A DNA stretch of 63,615 nt from Obrimoposthia wandeli. Lineage: Eukaryota. Below the pieces are notes generated by a model that was not told where the DNA came from, searched no databases, and worked only from the letters and a program-made list of their open reading frames with translations. The position numbers were made by a program, and so were the translations under genes. Location of the stretch: positions 248,001 through 311,615 of the forward strand of contig CDROCS010001688.1 in the NCBI GenBank assembly GCA_977020255.1, written 5' to 3'. Shown in pieces: positions 10,694 through 21,407 of this stretch (positions are counted from its first letter, which is position 1; every line of letters starts with the position of its first letter).

Positions 10694-12091
10694 CTATTTG
10701 TCTTTTACTGCGTGTGGTTTTAGATCTGATGATAACGCTTGCCCTTTCATTGCAAACACAGCGAGCAGAAAAGCAATAACAGCAACAACAGCCATACCGG
10801 CATAGGTCATGCTAAAACCCTGTGCTAACGCCTCTGGATCAAAATGAGCAAGTGTGTTCTCGCTACCTTCTGCAACGACTACTGGCACTTGGCTATGGAA
10901 TATAGTGGCACAAATCGCAACACCTATAGCACCACCAAGCTCTCGCCCAAAGCCAAATAATGACATACCTATACCACGGTCTTCTGCTGGTAATACATTT
11001 TGCACAACAACACTTAATGCCGGTAGAGTTAGCCCTAAGCCAAGCCCCGCCGCAGCCAAGGAGGAAGATAAATACAGATCGAAGTGTAATAACCATAACG
11101 CAATGGCCGAGAGTAAAAATCCAACAACAACAAAGCGTTTATAGTAGCCTTTTCTAGCAATTTGCTTACCACCAAAATAAGCCCCTGTTGTGATGCTACA
11201 CATGAAGATCATCATCAACATACCACTGCCTGACGCAGTCATCCCTTTTTGCCATTGCATTTGAAGCGGAAGGTAAACCAATACTGCAAACATCAATAAC
11301 TGGGAACATAAAATTAAAAGCACGCTAATAACATACCCTGGTAGCGATACCAATCTTACCGGTAAAATAGGATCTGCCGCTTTTCGTTCAACCCATACTA
11401 ATAGCAGCATAACGGTAAATAACGCAATGCTAGCAATCGTTGCATCAAGGCTGGCTTCTGGTGATATTAATAACAGTAGCAAGGTAGTTGCTGTCATCAG
11501 TAAACCTGCGCCCTTCCAATCAAACTTCGATGCGCGTTTAACACTTAGGTGCCTTAGGTTTTTGTTTATCATCCATACTGCAAGAGCACCTAATGGAATA
11601 TTGATCCAGAAAATCCAACGCCATGATAGCTGCTCAGAAAAATACCCACCTAACAGAGGCCCTGCAATACTGGATACGGCATAAACGATTGAAATATAGC
11701 CTTGATATTTCCCTACCTCACGGGCAGGAATACTATCAGCGATCACAGTGAATGCTAAGGCAATCAAACCACCACCACCAATGCCTTGTAACACCCGTGA
11801 GGCAATTAACTGTGTTAAGTCTTGCGATAATGCACAAGCAACAGAGCCAATAATAAACAGTAAAATACTGATGTTCAGCATTTTTACTCGTCCAAAGATA
11901 TCACTTAATTTGCCATAAACAGGCAAAACAGCCGTCGCTGCAAGTAGATAAGCAGTAATCACCCATGTGAGTGCCTGCCCTGCATTTAATTCCGCCCCAA
12001 TAATAGGCAAAGGCGTGGTAACAATACTTTTTTCTAATGAACCCAATGCAATAACAAGTGCTACGCTGGTAAAAATTGTTTTAGGTGACAT
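10694..12091 (-). CDS. MFS drug-resistance transporter (DHA2, EmrB/QacA-like)
   Basis: WVITAYLLA, GKLSDIFGR, RVLQGIGGG, WRWIFWINIPLG; start placed at MSPKT. Confidence 0.9.
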   Translation of the reverse strand: MSPKTIFTSVALVIALGSLEKSIVTTPLPIIGAELNAGQALTWVITAYLLAATAVLPVYGKLSDIFGRVKMLNISILLFIIGSVACALSQDLTQLIASRVLQGIGGGGLIALAFTVIADSIPAREVGKYQGYISIVYAVSSIAGPLLGGYFSEQLSWRWIFWINIPLGALAVWMINKNLRHLSVKRASKFDWKGAGLLMTATTLLLLLISPEASLDATIASIALFTVMLLLVWVERKAADPILPVRLVSLPGYVISVLLILCSQLLMFAVLVYLPLQMQWQKGMTASGSGMLMMIFMCSITTGAYFGGKQIARKGYYKRFVVVGFLLSAIALWLLHFDLYLSSSLAAAGLGLGLTLPALSVVVQNVLPAEDRGIGMSLFGFGRELGGAIGVAICATIFHSQVPVVVAEGSENTLAHFDPEALAQGFSMTYAGMAVVAVIAFLLAVFAMKGQALSSDLKPHAVKDK

Positions 12092-12190
12092 ACATTCCCC
12101 CATAACTAAAACAGAGCCTAAAATAAAACAAGTTTGCCGTTACGAAAACAGGATATAATGAACCTCATCATTTCATAAATGGGATCTTGG

Positions 12191-13078
12191 ATGAAACTGG
12201 ATGATTTAGACCTTTTCCTTACTGTTGTAAAAGCAGGAAGTTTTGCCTCAGCGGCAAGACAAAGAGCAATGCCGACCAGCACCCTAAGCAGAAGAATCCA
12301 ACAACTTGAAACCGATACTGGCCGCAAGTTATTGGTACGTCATGCAAAAGATATGAGTTTAACGAAAGATGGGCAGCTACTTGTTCAGCAATTTTCGACG
12401 GTATTTGATGATATTCACCTTCGACTTGAAAGCGTCGATAAAGAAAAAGAAGACTTCTCTGGCGTTATTGTTATCAATGCCCCCATTATTCCACTCAAGC
12501 ACCAAATTGGCCCTTTAGCGTTAGAGTTTGCAAAGCTACATCCTAAAGTACAAATACGCTTCCAGTTAGGGAATCAAAATAATTACCATCTTCGCGGTGA
12601 TATTGACATTGCCTTACGCTTTGGTCATCAGCCTGCTTCTGATTGGGTCGCAAAACGTTTGTCACATAACCCATCAGTAATATGTACCACCCCTGACTAT
12701 CTAAATGATAAACCAGACCTAACCCACCCTAACCAATTAGTACGTTACGACCTGTTATCGCCAAGCCCTCAGCAACGATGGGTGTTCAACCATATTAGTG
12801 GCGAAAGTGTAAAGTTCATCCCGAATGCACGCATTCAATCTGATGAGCTAGATACTATCCATCGTGCTGCCGTTGCAGGATTGGGCATTGCACGCCTTCC
12901 AGAATGGTATACAAAAAAATCTTTTGAGAATGGCGAGTTGGTTCAATTATTTCCTGACTGGCAAATGGAAGGATCTGATGTTGCACTGCTATATCCACAA
13001 AGAAAGTTACTGTCAGAACGCACTCAAGCGCTGATTGACTTTATTTTCGAGCATTGGAAACCTTTTGAGTCACTATAG
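12191..13078 (+). CDS. LysR regulator (CrgA/DmlR-like), divergent from the MFS gene
   Basis: HTH GSFASAARQRAMPTSTLSRRI; DIDIALRFG, GLGIARLP. Confidence 0.9.
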   Translation: MKLDDLDLFLTVVKAGSFASAARQRAMPTSTLSRRIQQLETDTGRKLLVRHAKDMSLTKDGQLLVQQFSTVFDDIHLRLESVDKEKEDFSGVIVINAPIIPLKHQIGPLALEFAKLHPKVQIRFQLGNQNNYHLRGDIDIALRFGHQPASDWVAKRLSHNPSVICTTPDYLNDKPDLTHPNQLVRYDLLSPSPQQRWVFNHISGESVKFIPNARIQSDELDTIHRAAVAGLGIARLPEWYTKKSFENGELVQLFPDWQMEGSDVALLYPQRKLLSERTQALIDFIFEHWKPFESL

Positions 13079-13219
13079 AAACAAATAAAAAAATAATGAT
13101 CATAATTGCTGGCCAAACATGCGTAAAGTGACATTTTAGCACCAAAAGTTTGATATACAGCTAAATATATACCTTTAAATCAACTCGTATTATTGACTAA
13201 AGCGCCCTTTTTCATATAT

Positions 13220-13242
13220 CTTATTTTCTATCGATAATTAAG
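13220..13242. promoter_or_regulatory. Putative NagC operator
   Basis: CTTATTT-TCTATCGAT-AATTAAG matches the STTATTT-N9-AAATAAS consensus with one mismatch, upstream of nagA. Confidence 0.55.
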
Positions 13243-13413
13243 GTTCAACCTTAAATCTAACAAATTTGATCGGGCGTGCTGCTGTAACAATGCGATCCCA
13301 TCTTTAACTATAATTATGCGGAGTTCATCTTCAGCATATCGCTGCCACTGAGTGATTGCGTTTATTCACAATAACCAGAAGGCAGTTACTAAGCGGATAA
13401 TAACGAGATACTT

Positions 13414-14550
13414 ATGTTTGCACTAACGCATGTTAATGTTTTTGATGGTCAAACGACCCTTCTTGACCAAGCAATTATCATAGATCAAGACACAATAACG
13501 TCTATCGTTTCGATGAAAAATGCAACGTTACCTGAAAAAACCTTCAATGCTAATGGCTTATTAGCAACGGCTGGCTTTATTGATATTCAAGTAAATGGCT
13601 GTGGTGGCGTATTACTCAATACAGACATCAGAAAAGAAACACTTGATGTGATGAACGCAACCAACCTTAAAAATGGTACAACGCAATATTTACCGACCCT
13701 TATTACTAGCCAAGCTGAATCAATGAAGCAAGCTATTGATATGGTTGCTGATATTAATGAGCCAAGTAAAGAAGGCGTATTGGGTTTACACCTTGAAGGT
13801 CCCTTTATTAATAAAGCTAAAAAAGGCGCGCACCAAGAACACTTAATTCGTGAACTTGACGAAGTGACAGCGCACTACCTTGCTGATAACGCTAATAAAA
13901 TTAGCGTTATAACACTTGCACCAGAAAGCACATCACAGCACGTCATTGATATTTTGACACAGGCTGGCATTACAGTGTCACTTGGTCACACTAATTCGAC
14001 ATATGAAGAGCTTGCTGAAAAAGATGGCATCACAATGGCGACGCATTTATATAATGCGATGACGCCATTTGGCTCTCGCGAACCTGGCGCTGTCGGTTAT
14101 ATTTTCGATCAAAAACCACATGCTGGCATCATTGTTGATGGCATTCACTCTTCATACGCGTCTGTTCGCATTGCCCACCAGCTAATGGGTGAAAAGCTGT
14201 TTATGGTAACAGATGCTGTTAATCCAGCAGGCACAGACTTAACCGAATACGACATGGCAGGCACAACAGCTTATGTAACTGATGGAAAATGCCATTATGC
14301 CGACGGAACTATCGCAGGTGCTGCGATTACCATGATTGAGGGTGTAAGAAACCTTATTGATCAGGTTGGCCTTTCGCGTGATGAAGCATTGCGTATGGCT
14401 AGCCTCTACCCAGCAAAAGCATTAAAACTAGACCACGAATACGGTCAGTTAAAAGCAGGCTATAAAGCGAATATCACATTGCTAACTGATGATAATCAGG
14501 TGCAACATGTTATTCAAATGGGTACACAACACGACTTTACCGCTCGCTAA
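13414..14550 (+). CDS. nagA: N-acetylglucosamine-6-phosphate deacetylase
   Basis: GFIDIQVNGCGG, PTLITS, HLEGPF, THLYNAM, DGIH, VTDA, AGAA motifs. Confidence 0.93.
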   Translation: MFALTHVNVFDGQTTLLDQAIIIDQDTITSIVSMKNATLPEKTFNANGLLATAGFIDIQVNGCGGVLLNTDIRKETLDVMNATNLKNGTTQYLPTLITSQAESMKQAIDMVADINEPSKEGVLGLHLEGPFINKAKKGAHQEHLIRELDEVTAHYLADNANKISVITLAPESTSQHVIDILTQAGITVSLGHTNSTYEELAEKDGITMATHLYNAMTPFGSREPGAVGYIFDQKPHAGIIVDGIHSSYASVRIAHQLMGEKLFMVTDAVNPAGTDLTEYDMAGTTAYVTDGKCHYADGTIAGAAITMIEGVRNLIDQVGLSRDEALRMASLYPAKALKLDHEYGQLKAGYKANITLLTDDNQVQHVIQMGTQHDFTAR

Positions 14551-14576
14551 TCTCAAGACGAGATACACGCAAACAC

Positions 14577-14610
14577 AAAAAAGGGGCTGATAATTAATCA
14601 GCCCCTTTTC
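14577..14610. terminator. Bidirectional intrinsic terminator
   Basis: aaaaggggctga-taattaa-tcagcccctttt. Confidence 0.85.
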
Positions 14611-14674
14611 TATGGAATGTTTTTTAACTAACTGCGATTAAGATAACTCTTAGTTGTTATGTAACCTGTACTCA

Positions 14675-15046
14675 TTATACTGCCTGAGTTTCCAGTGCAT
14701 TCATTTTAGCAGTACGATTCATTTGGAATTCACGAAGCGTGAAATATAGGTAAGTCGCAACAATTGAGAAGAATAAATACGATAAAGAAAATACAAACGG
14801 TGAATTAATCAAGTTTGCTTCAAGGCTCCACATCACACCTACCACTGTCACACCCATTTTCGCCACCACTCCCATTAAAAGAAGTAAAGCCGCTAATTGA
14901 GGATAACGTGTCGAACGAAAAGCTAACCAGTAGCCTGTACCCACAGCGACTGCGGCAATTCCAAAGCCAACCATAAATGAATGGAAATGCTCACCTGAAA
15001 GCACACCCGCCACAATTGATAAAAGTATAATAAAACCAAATTTCAT
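14675..15046 (-). CDS. Conserved hypothetical membrane protein (about 4 TM)
   Basis: 123 aa hydrophobic ORF with SD GAGGT. Confidence 0.75.
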   Translation of the reverse strand: MKFGFIILLSIVAGVLSGEHFHSFMVGFGIAAVAVGTGYWLAFRSTRYPQLAALLLLMGVVAKMGVTVVGVMWSLEANLINSPFVFSLSYLFFSIVATYLYFTLREFQMNRTAKMNALETQAV

Positions 15047-15547
15047 AACAACCTCATTAATAGAAAGCGTCCCTTCAAGATAAAACCGCGTTGACAGGGG
15101 TATTTTCCCACTTCCTGATTCATTTTCATACTAAGACCCATGAAGGTTGTTACTCTTAATTACTTAATTTTTCACATTTTTACATTTAGTAACATTGTAA
15201 CCACCTGCAATATAGACACTTAACCCACAACTGTTAAATGATTGTTAATCAATATGTAAATTGTAAGAAATAGTTACAAAGTGAGCTTTTAGATTTAAAA
15301 ACTCTAATAGGGGGTTCTTTTATTCCTTTGCGCACTTTTATAGAGTGTGAAATTCTCCTTATTGCGCTATTAAATATGGAATTTAAGTTTTCAAATTCAA
15401 TTGAACAAAAAATGTACTATTTCATATTTCGCACAAAAAAAACCATCAACAGCGTATGCTATTGATGGTTCCAGATTCTCACTATATCTGTAATGCTAAA
15501 CCATTCATTAATGCATTGAATGATTTTTCAGCGACAGATTCAAAGCA

Positions 15548-18500
15548 TCAGCAGGTTTCGACTAACACTCGTACTTTTTCAATTTTAACCGCTGCCACTT
15601 TGAACTCGGGGATCTTCGCATGGGGATCCGTTGCAGTCGTCGTTAAACGGTTGGCAGGCGCTTCAGCAAAATGGAACGGTACAAATACCACACCTTCTTG
15701 CATACGCTTGGTAACAAACGCGGGGGTTTCAATGCTTCCACGACGCGTCGATACTTTAAGCATTTCACCATTACGCACACCAAGACGCTCTGCATCAACG
15801 ACCGAAATCATTGCACGAGGGCCAGCCAGGTTATCCAACCCTTTGGTTTTTCTTGTCATGGTGCCAGTGTGGAATTGTTCTAATAAACGCCCTGTTGTCA
15901 AAATAAGAGGATATTCTGCATCAGGCAATTCAGCCGCATAACGGAACGGGATTGCAGCCATCTCCCCTTTACCACGGGTAAACTGAGAAGTGTGCATAAC
16001 ACGCGTACCATCAGGTGCGTTGTCGTTACACGGCCATTGAAGGCCATCTCTACCGACACGGTCCCAGTGAATACCCGCATATTGTGGCGTTAACTGGGTG
16101 ATCTCTTCGGTAATGTCTTTTACCGATTGATACGACCAATCACTCCCCATTGCATTTGCAATGCTTTGAATGATCCACCAATCTTCCTTCGCCTCACCAG
16201 GAGGATTAACCGCACGTGTAATACGTTGAACGCGACGCTCAGTATTCGTGAAGTGACCTGATTTTTCTGCAAAAGAACACGATGGTAGAACAACATCAGC
16301 ATACTGTGCGGTTTCAGTTAAGAAAATATCTTGCACCACTAAGAAATCTAGCTTTTCCAGCCCTTCTATTACATGAGCTTGGTTTGGATCACTCAATACT
16401 GGGTTTTCACCCATTACATACAACCCTTTCACCTCATCATGGCACGCGGCATCGATAATCTCGGTTAGCGTTAACCCATCCTCTTTCGGTAAGTTGGGTT
16501 TATTCCATGCTTTGGCAAATTTGGCATGAATTTCTGGCACGTGTACTTTCTGGTAACCAGGGAAGTTGTTTGGTAGTGCGCCCATATCACAGGCACCTTG
16601 CACATTAGACTGACCACGTAGTGGATTAATACCACCACCTTCGATGCCAATGTTACCGCACAACATCTGCAAGTTAGCCACAGAACGTACATTATCATGG
16701 CCCGTTGTATGCTGCGTAATACCCATCGAGTAATACACGGCAGTACGATCTGCTGTACCAATCATCTGTGCCATTTTGATAACGTCTTGCGCTTTCACGC
16801 CCGTGACCAATTCAACTTTATCTGGTGCATAGCTATCAAGCATCACTTCTGCTTTTAATGCTTCAAAGCCTTCGGTTCGCTCATTGATATACGTTTTATC
16901 ATGCCAGTCGTTTTTGATGATTTGCTGCATGATGCCGTTCATTAGCATCACATCTGTTCCCGGACGGTGTGCAACATACAATTCGGAATGATCGGCAATA
17001 TCAATACGTTTAGGATCTGCCACGATTAAACGTGTTTTACCCGTACGAATCGCTTGCTTGATATGTGATGCAATGATCGGGTGCGCCGCGGTCGTATCGG
17101 AACCAATGATAAACACCACATCAGAGAATTTGATGCTTGGAATGTCATTGGTCATCGCGCCACTACCAATTGACGCTTCTAACCCTGTTACTGTTGATGC
17201 GTGACACAAACGAGCACAGTGGTCGACGTTATTCGTTTCTAATTCGCAACGAATAAACTTCTGGAATGCAAAGTTATCTTCGTTGGTGGTTTTCGCCGAT
17301 GAGAAACCCGCTAGCGCATTACCGCCTCTATCGGCTTTAATCGTATTGAATTTGTCAGCGACCAGCGATATAGCCTCTTCCCAACTGGCTGGCTGTAATT
17401 CACCATTTTTACGAATTAGCGGGGTTGTTAAACGCTCTTTGCTATTTACAAAATCAAAACCAAAGCGTCCTTTAACACATAACATACCTTGGTTTACTGG
17501 CGAATCTTTTACGCCTTGTACATAACGAATTTGGTTTAATGATTCATCGACATACATCGTCAGCTTACAACCCACACCACAATAGGTACAAATCGTCTCA
17601 ACGGGCTTTAGCATTTCGATTCGGCCTTGCGACTTATCTCGCTTATCGACCAGCGCACCAGTAGGACACACTTGAACACATGCCCCACATTGAACACAAT
17701 TCGAATCACCCATGCTATAACCTTTATCGAAGCCAGGGCGGCATTCAGGGCGGCTCGCGCTTGAGCCATCAGCATTTTTGGCAAAGCTTAATGTGCCGTG
17801 AACCGCTTTTTCATTACAGGCTTCAACACATTGACCACAACTAATGCAGCGGTTAGCGTCGAACACGATGAACTCAGAGCTATCATCCACATGGAATTTC
17901 TGGCAACTTTCATTAGTTAATTCGGTTTCTGCAACATCATATTCGGTCGCATAATCGCGTAACTTACAATCGGTATTTGCCTGACAGCCGCATTCTAAAC
18001 AACGTGCTGCTTCGCGCATTGCTTCGTCATTGTTAAAGCCCGTTTCTACTTCACTAAAGCTTAATTCTCGCTCTTTCGTGCTCAATTCAGGCATTACAGA
18101 GCGCATGGCTTTTTTAATCTCGATAAACTGCTCAGGAGCAACCTGCTTCAACTTACGTTCTTTTTGTGAATTAAAAAGCTTAACCGGAATATTTTCCATA
18201 TCACCATCAAAGAAGCGATCAATCGCCTCTGCAGCAATACGTCCATCTGCAACCGCTTCAATCGCGGTTGCGGGTCCACGACGGAAATCACCAATACTGA
18301 ATACATTACCTAGGCCAGAGTGCATGGTATTAGGGTTAGCATCTTGAGTATTCCAGCGCGTTAATGGCAGATCTAATTCTTCTTTTTCCATGAAGCTTAA
18401 ATCAGGCTTTTGCGAAACAGCTGCAATGACGGTATCAAACGCTTCGGTAAAGTATTTACCCGTTGGCTCAGGTCGACGACGACCTGATGCATCAGCGTCA

Positions 18501-19705
18501 CCCAGTGCCATTTTCTCTAACTTAACGTCACAAACGTGACCATTCGCGTCAGCAATATTTTCAACAGGGTTTGTCAAAAAATGAAATTTAACGCCTTCAT
18601 GCTCGGCTTCTACAATTTCATAATCTTCAGCAGGCATTTCATCACGCGTACGGCGGTAAATAAGCGTGGTATCAGCACCATCGCGTACGGCAGTACGGGC
18701 ACAGTCAATGGCTGTATTACCACCACCAATAACGGCTACTTTTTTACCCGTGGTATAACGACCTTCGGTGACATAATCTTTTAGGTAATCAACACCCAAA
18801 TAACAGCCATTAAGATCGCTTCCGGTGTAATTCATTTCTACGGCTTGCGAAGCACCAACCGCAAGGCATACCGCATCGTAATCTTCAGTGAGTTGTGTGA
18901 GAGTGAAATCATCACCTAACTTTTTAGAGGTCAACACTTGCATGCCATTTCGGCACATTAGCTCAATTTCTTTAGCTAAAATCGCTTTAGGCAAACGGTA
19001 TTCAGGTATACCGTAACGTAACCAACCACCCGCTTCGGGCATTGATTCAAAAACTGTTACATCGTAGCCTTCATTGGTTAAATAATAGCCACACGTTAAG
19101 CCACCCGGGCCACTACCGACAACAGCAATGGACATACCTTTTGATGCTTTCTTTGGCGGTACATAATTTTCTTGTGCAGCAAGATCAATATCAGCAGCAT
19201 GTCGCTTAAGCTGACGAATGGCTATCGGCTCATCGACTAACCCACGACGACATTCAGTTTCACAAAATGCCGGACATACACGACCAATGGATAACGGCAT
19301 AGGCAGTGTACGTTTAATCACTTCCACCGCTTTAACATGATCATCTTGAGAAATATGATAAAGATAAGATTGAATATCTACGCCTGCAGGACATGCCGTT
19401 TGGCACGGCGCTTCACAATCGGCATAGTGATCAGAAAGAATTCGGTTTAACGCTTTTTGACGAAGCGAAGACAGTTCATCAGAAACGGTTGTTACAGTCA
19501 TGTTTTCAACGGGTTGAATTTCACAAGCACGTTGAATACCTTGCCCTGCAACATCGACGACACAAAGTTCACAAGGTACTTTCTCGCCATTTTTATTAAG
19601 ACCACAAAGTGACGGTATTTCAATATTACAGTCAGCTGCAGCTTCAAGTAGGGTTTGTTGCGCATTTACGGGGAATACTTGTCCATCTATCGTGACATTT
19701 ATCAT
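15548..19705 (-). CDS. fdhF: Formate dehydrogenase alpha subunit fused to 2Fe-2S, GltD-like FAD/NAD(P)H and 2x[4Fe-4S] domains
   Basis: CELC/RAC 2Fe-2S; GSGPGG and GGGNTA flavoprotein motifs; CISCGQC and CVQCGAC; CTYCGVGC; DHCARLCH active site; RGQSNVQGACDMG. Confidence 0.92.
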   Translation of the reverse strand: MINVTIDGQVFPVNAQQTLLEAAADCNIEIPSLCGLNKNGEKVPCELCVVDVAGQGIQRACEIQPVENMTVTTVSDELSSLRQKALNRILSDHYADCEAPCQTACPAGVDIQSYLYHISQDDHVKAVEVIKRTLPMPLSIGRVCPAFCETECRRGLVDEPIAIRQLKRHAADIDLAAQENYVPPKKASKGMSIAVVGSGPGGLTCGYYLTNEGYDVTVFESMPEAGGWLRYGIPEYRLPKAILAKEIELMCRNGMQVLTSKKLGDDFTLTQLTEDYDAVCLAVGASQAVEMNYTGSDLNGCYLGVDYLKDYVTEGRYTTGKKVAVIGGGNTAIDCARTAVRDGADTTLIYRRTRDEMPAEDYEIVEAEHEGVKFHFLTNPVENIADANGHVCDVKLEKMALGDADASGRRRPEPTGKYFTEAFDTVIAAVSQKPDLSFMEKEELDLPLTRWNTQDANPNTMHSGLGNVFSIGDFRRGPATAIEAVADGRIAAEAIDRFFDGDMENIPVKLFNSQKERKLKQVAPEQFIEIKKAMRSVMPELSTKERELSFSEVETGFNNDEAMREAARCLECGCQANTDCKLRDYATEYDVAETELTNESCQKFHVDDSSEFIVFDANRCISCGQCVEACNEKAVHGTLSFAKNADGSSASRPECRPGFDKGYSMGDSNCVQCGACVQVCPTGALVDKRDKSQGRIEMLKPVETICTYCGVGCKLTMYVDESLNQIRYVQGVKDSPVNQGMLCVKGRFGFDFVNSKERLTTPLIRKNGELQPASWEEAISLVADKFNTIKADRGGNALAGFSSAKTTNEDNFAFQKFIRCELETNNVDHCARLCHASTVTGLEASIGSGAMTNDIPSIKFSDVVFIIGSDTTAAHPIIASHIKQAIRTGKTRLIVADPKRIDIADHSELYVAHRPGTDVMLMNGIMQQIIKNDWHDKTYINERTEGFEALKAEVMLDSYAPDKVELVTGVKAQDVIKMAQMIGTADRTAVYYSMGITQHTTGHDNVRSVANLQMLCGNIGIEGGGINPLRGQSNVQGACDMGALPNNFPGYQKVHVPEIHAKFAKAWNKPNLPKEDGLTLTEIIDAACHDEVKGLYVMGENPVLSDPNQAHVIEGLEKLDFLVVQDIFLTETAQYADVVLPSCSFAEKSGHFTNTERRVQRITRAVNPPGEAKEDWWIIQSIANAMGSDWSYQSVKDITEEITQLTPQYAGIHWDRVGRDGLQWPCNDNAPDGTRVMHTSQFTRGKGEMAAIPFRYAAELPDAEYPLILTTGRLLEQFHTGTMTRKTKGLDNLAGPRAMISVVDAERLGVRNGEMLKVSTRRGSIETPAFVTKRMQEGVVFVPFHFAEAPANRLTTTATDPHAKIPEFKVAAVKIEKVRVLVETC

Positions 19706-20105
19706 TGATTGCCTCTTTAGGGATCTCGGCGCTGCATCTCATTAACCATTGACTATAAATATAATTATCAAATTGATATGCTCTATAGTAATGACCGAAC
19801 ATTTCTTGTTCTTCGTATTCACGAATGGCAGTCGCTCGAGGATGATTGGAAAAAAATCATCAATTCTTACTTATTCTCTCAACGTATCAAAAGCAGGGGA
19901 AAATTCTTTGATTTGGAACACTATCAGCTTTTATATTTGTAGAATCATTTGTGTTAGCGCTATCTCTCGCTGATGCCTGTTCTCTTTTTATGGTTGTTGT
20001 CAACGTTGAACTCTTTATTTTTTTTCACATAGATCGTGACTTTTACCTAATCGCTACTTTATAATTTACTGATAAATTAGATAATTATTTGGATTAAAGC
20101 AAACT

Positions 20106-21068
20106 ATGGCCAATATTTTAGATTCAGTTGATCAACGCACTCAACTTGTTGGTCAAAACAGGCTTGAGCTTTTAATCTTTCAACTCAATACGTCTCAATT
20201 TTTTGCTATCAACGTCTTCAAGGTAAAAGAAGTCGTTAAACTTCCTCATCTGAATATTTTACCTGGGTCACATCCCAGCGTGTGCGGTGTTGCCAATATT
20301 CGAGGTACATCCATTCCCGTTATTGATCTACGCAGTTCAATTGGCATGCGTAGTATGGAAAAAAATGATGAGTGCAATATCATTATTACTGAGTACAACC
20401 GTACTATTCAGGCATTTCTTGTCGGTCAAGTAATGAATATTGTGAATATGACGTGGAAAGATATTCAAGCGCCACCAGAACAAGTCGGGCCTAATAATTA
20501 CTTAACAGCAATCACTAAAATTGAACGTGATGGTATGCAACGTTTGGTCAGTATTCTGGATGTCGAAAAAGTATTAGCAGAAATCATTGATTACAATATC
20601 CAAATATCGGATGAAGTCTTAGATAAAACCATTGTTAATCAACTTCATGGTCGCAAGATCTTGATTGTCGATGATTCATCTACCGCTCGAGGCCAAATTC
20701 GCGATACCTTGTCTCAACTGGGTATTGAGGTTATTGAAGCTAACGATGGTATGAAAGCCCTGACCTTATTAAAAGGTTGGTGTGATGAAGGTAAAACAGT
20801 CACAGACGAAATTCTAATGATGTTCACCGACGCCGAGATGCCAGAAATGGACGGCTATAAGCTAACGCATGAAGTGCGTAATGACCCGCGCATGAAGGAT
20901 TTATTTATTGCACTAAATACGTCGCTAAGTGGCAGCTTCAATGAAGCCATGGTCGAAAAAGTTGGTTGTAATCGCTTTATATCTAAATTCCAACCGGATG
21001 TGTTGGTCGATGTTGTTCAAGAACGTTTACGTGAAGTACTAGGCCATACACCTAGCCACTCAAGCTAA
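20106..21068 (+). CDS. cheV: Chemotaxis protein CheV (CheW + receiver)
   Basis: RTQLVGQNRLELL, FAINVFKVKEV, IVDDSSTAR, TDAEMPEMDG. Confidence 0.93.
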   Translation: MANILDSVDQRTQLVGQNRLELLIFQLNTSQFFAINVFKVKEVVKLPHLNILPGSHPSVCGVANIRGTSIPVIDLRSSIGMRSMEKNDECNIIITEYNRTIQAFLVGQVMNIVNMTWKDIQAPPEQVGPNNYLTAITKIERDGMQRLVSILDVEKVLAEIIDYNIQISDEVLDKTIVNQLHGRKILIVDDSSTARGQIRDTLSQLGIEVIEANDGMKALTLLKGWCDEGKTVTDEILMMFTDAEMPEMDGYKLTHEVRNDPRMKDLFIALNTSLSGSFNEAMVEKVGCNRFISKFQPDVLVDVVQERLREVLGHTPSHSS

Positions 21069-21175
21069 TTTTTTGTTTAAAAGCAACTTAATACCGTTCT
21101 GAATAAGTAGCTGATCAGGCATTTTCGCAGCAAAAGATGATTAGATACTTATTTAGATGGGTTTTAAATAATCGA

Positions 21176-21385
21176 TTAGCAGTAAATAACACTAAAATGC
21201 ACTACTGACAATTTCATAAAAGCCGACATTACTTGCCCCTCATCCACTTTCAAATAATGCCGACAAAATGCGATAGCCTTACACTCTGCAACGTAAGTCA
21301 TGCTTTCCAAATCATAAAACGGCTTACTTGCATTCAAACAGCTCAACATTTTAGTTACGTGGTCACTTATATTAACGACTTGCAT
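21176..21385 (-). CDS. Small hypothetical protein (69 aa), third gene of the pdsO unit
   Basis: SD-like AAGGGA upstream; same strand as pdsO. Confidence 0.5.
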   Translation of the reverse strand: MQVVNISDHVTKMLSCLNASKPFYDLESMTYVAECKAIAFCRHYLKVDEGQVMSAFMKLSVVHFSVIYC

Positions 21386-21407
21386 TGAGTAAATCCCTTT
21401 TCCAACA

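Noticed and set aside
17200-17230. Selenocysteine-type formate dehydrogenase
   Set aside because: The active-site motif reads CARLCH with Cys and the frame is uninterrupted.
15456-19599. Plus-strand ORFs (e.g. 15456-15941, 161 aa) inside fdhF, and similar antisense ORFs in other genes
   Set aside because: Shadow frames of strongly supported genes; no motifs or SD sites.
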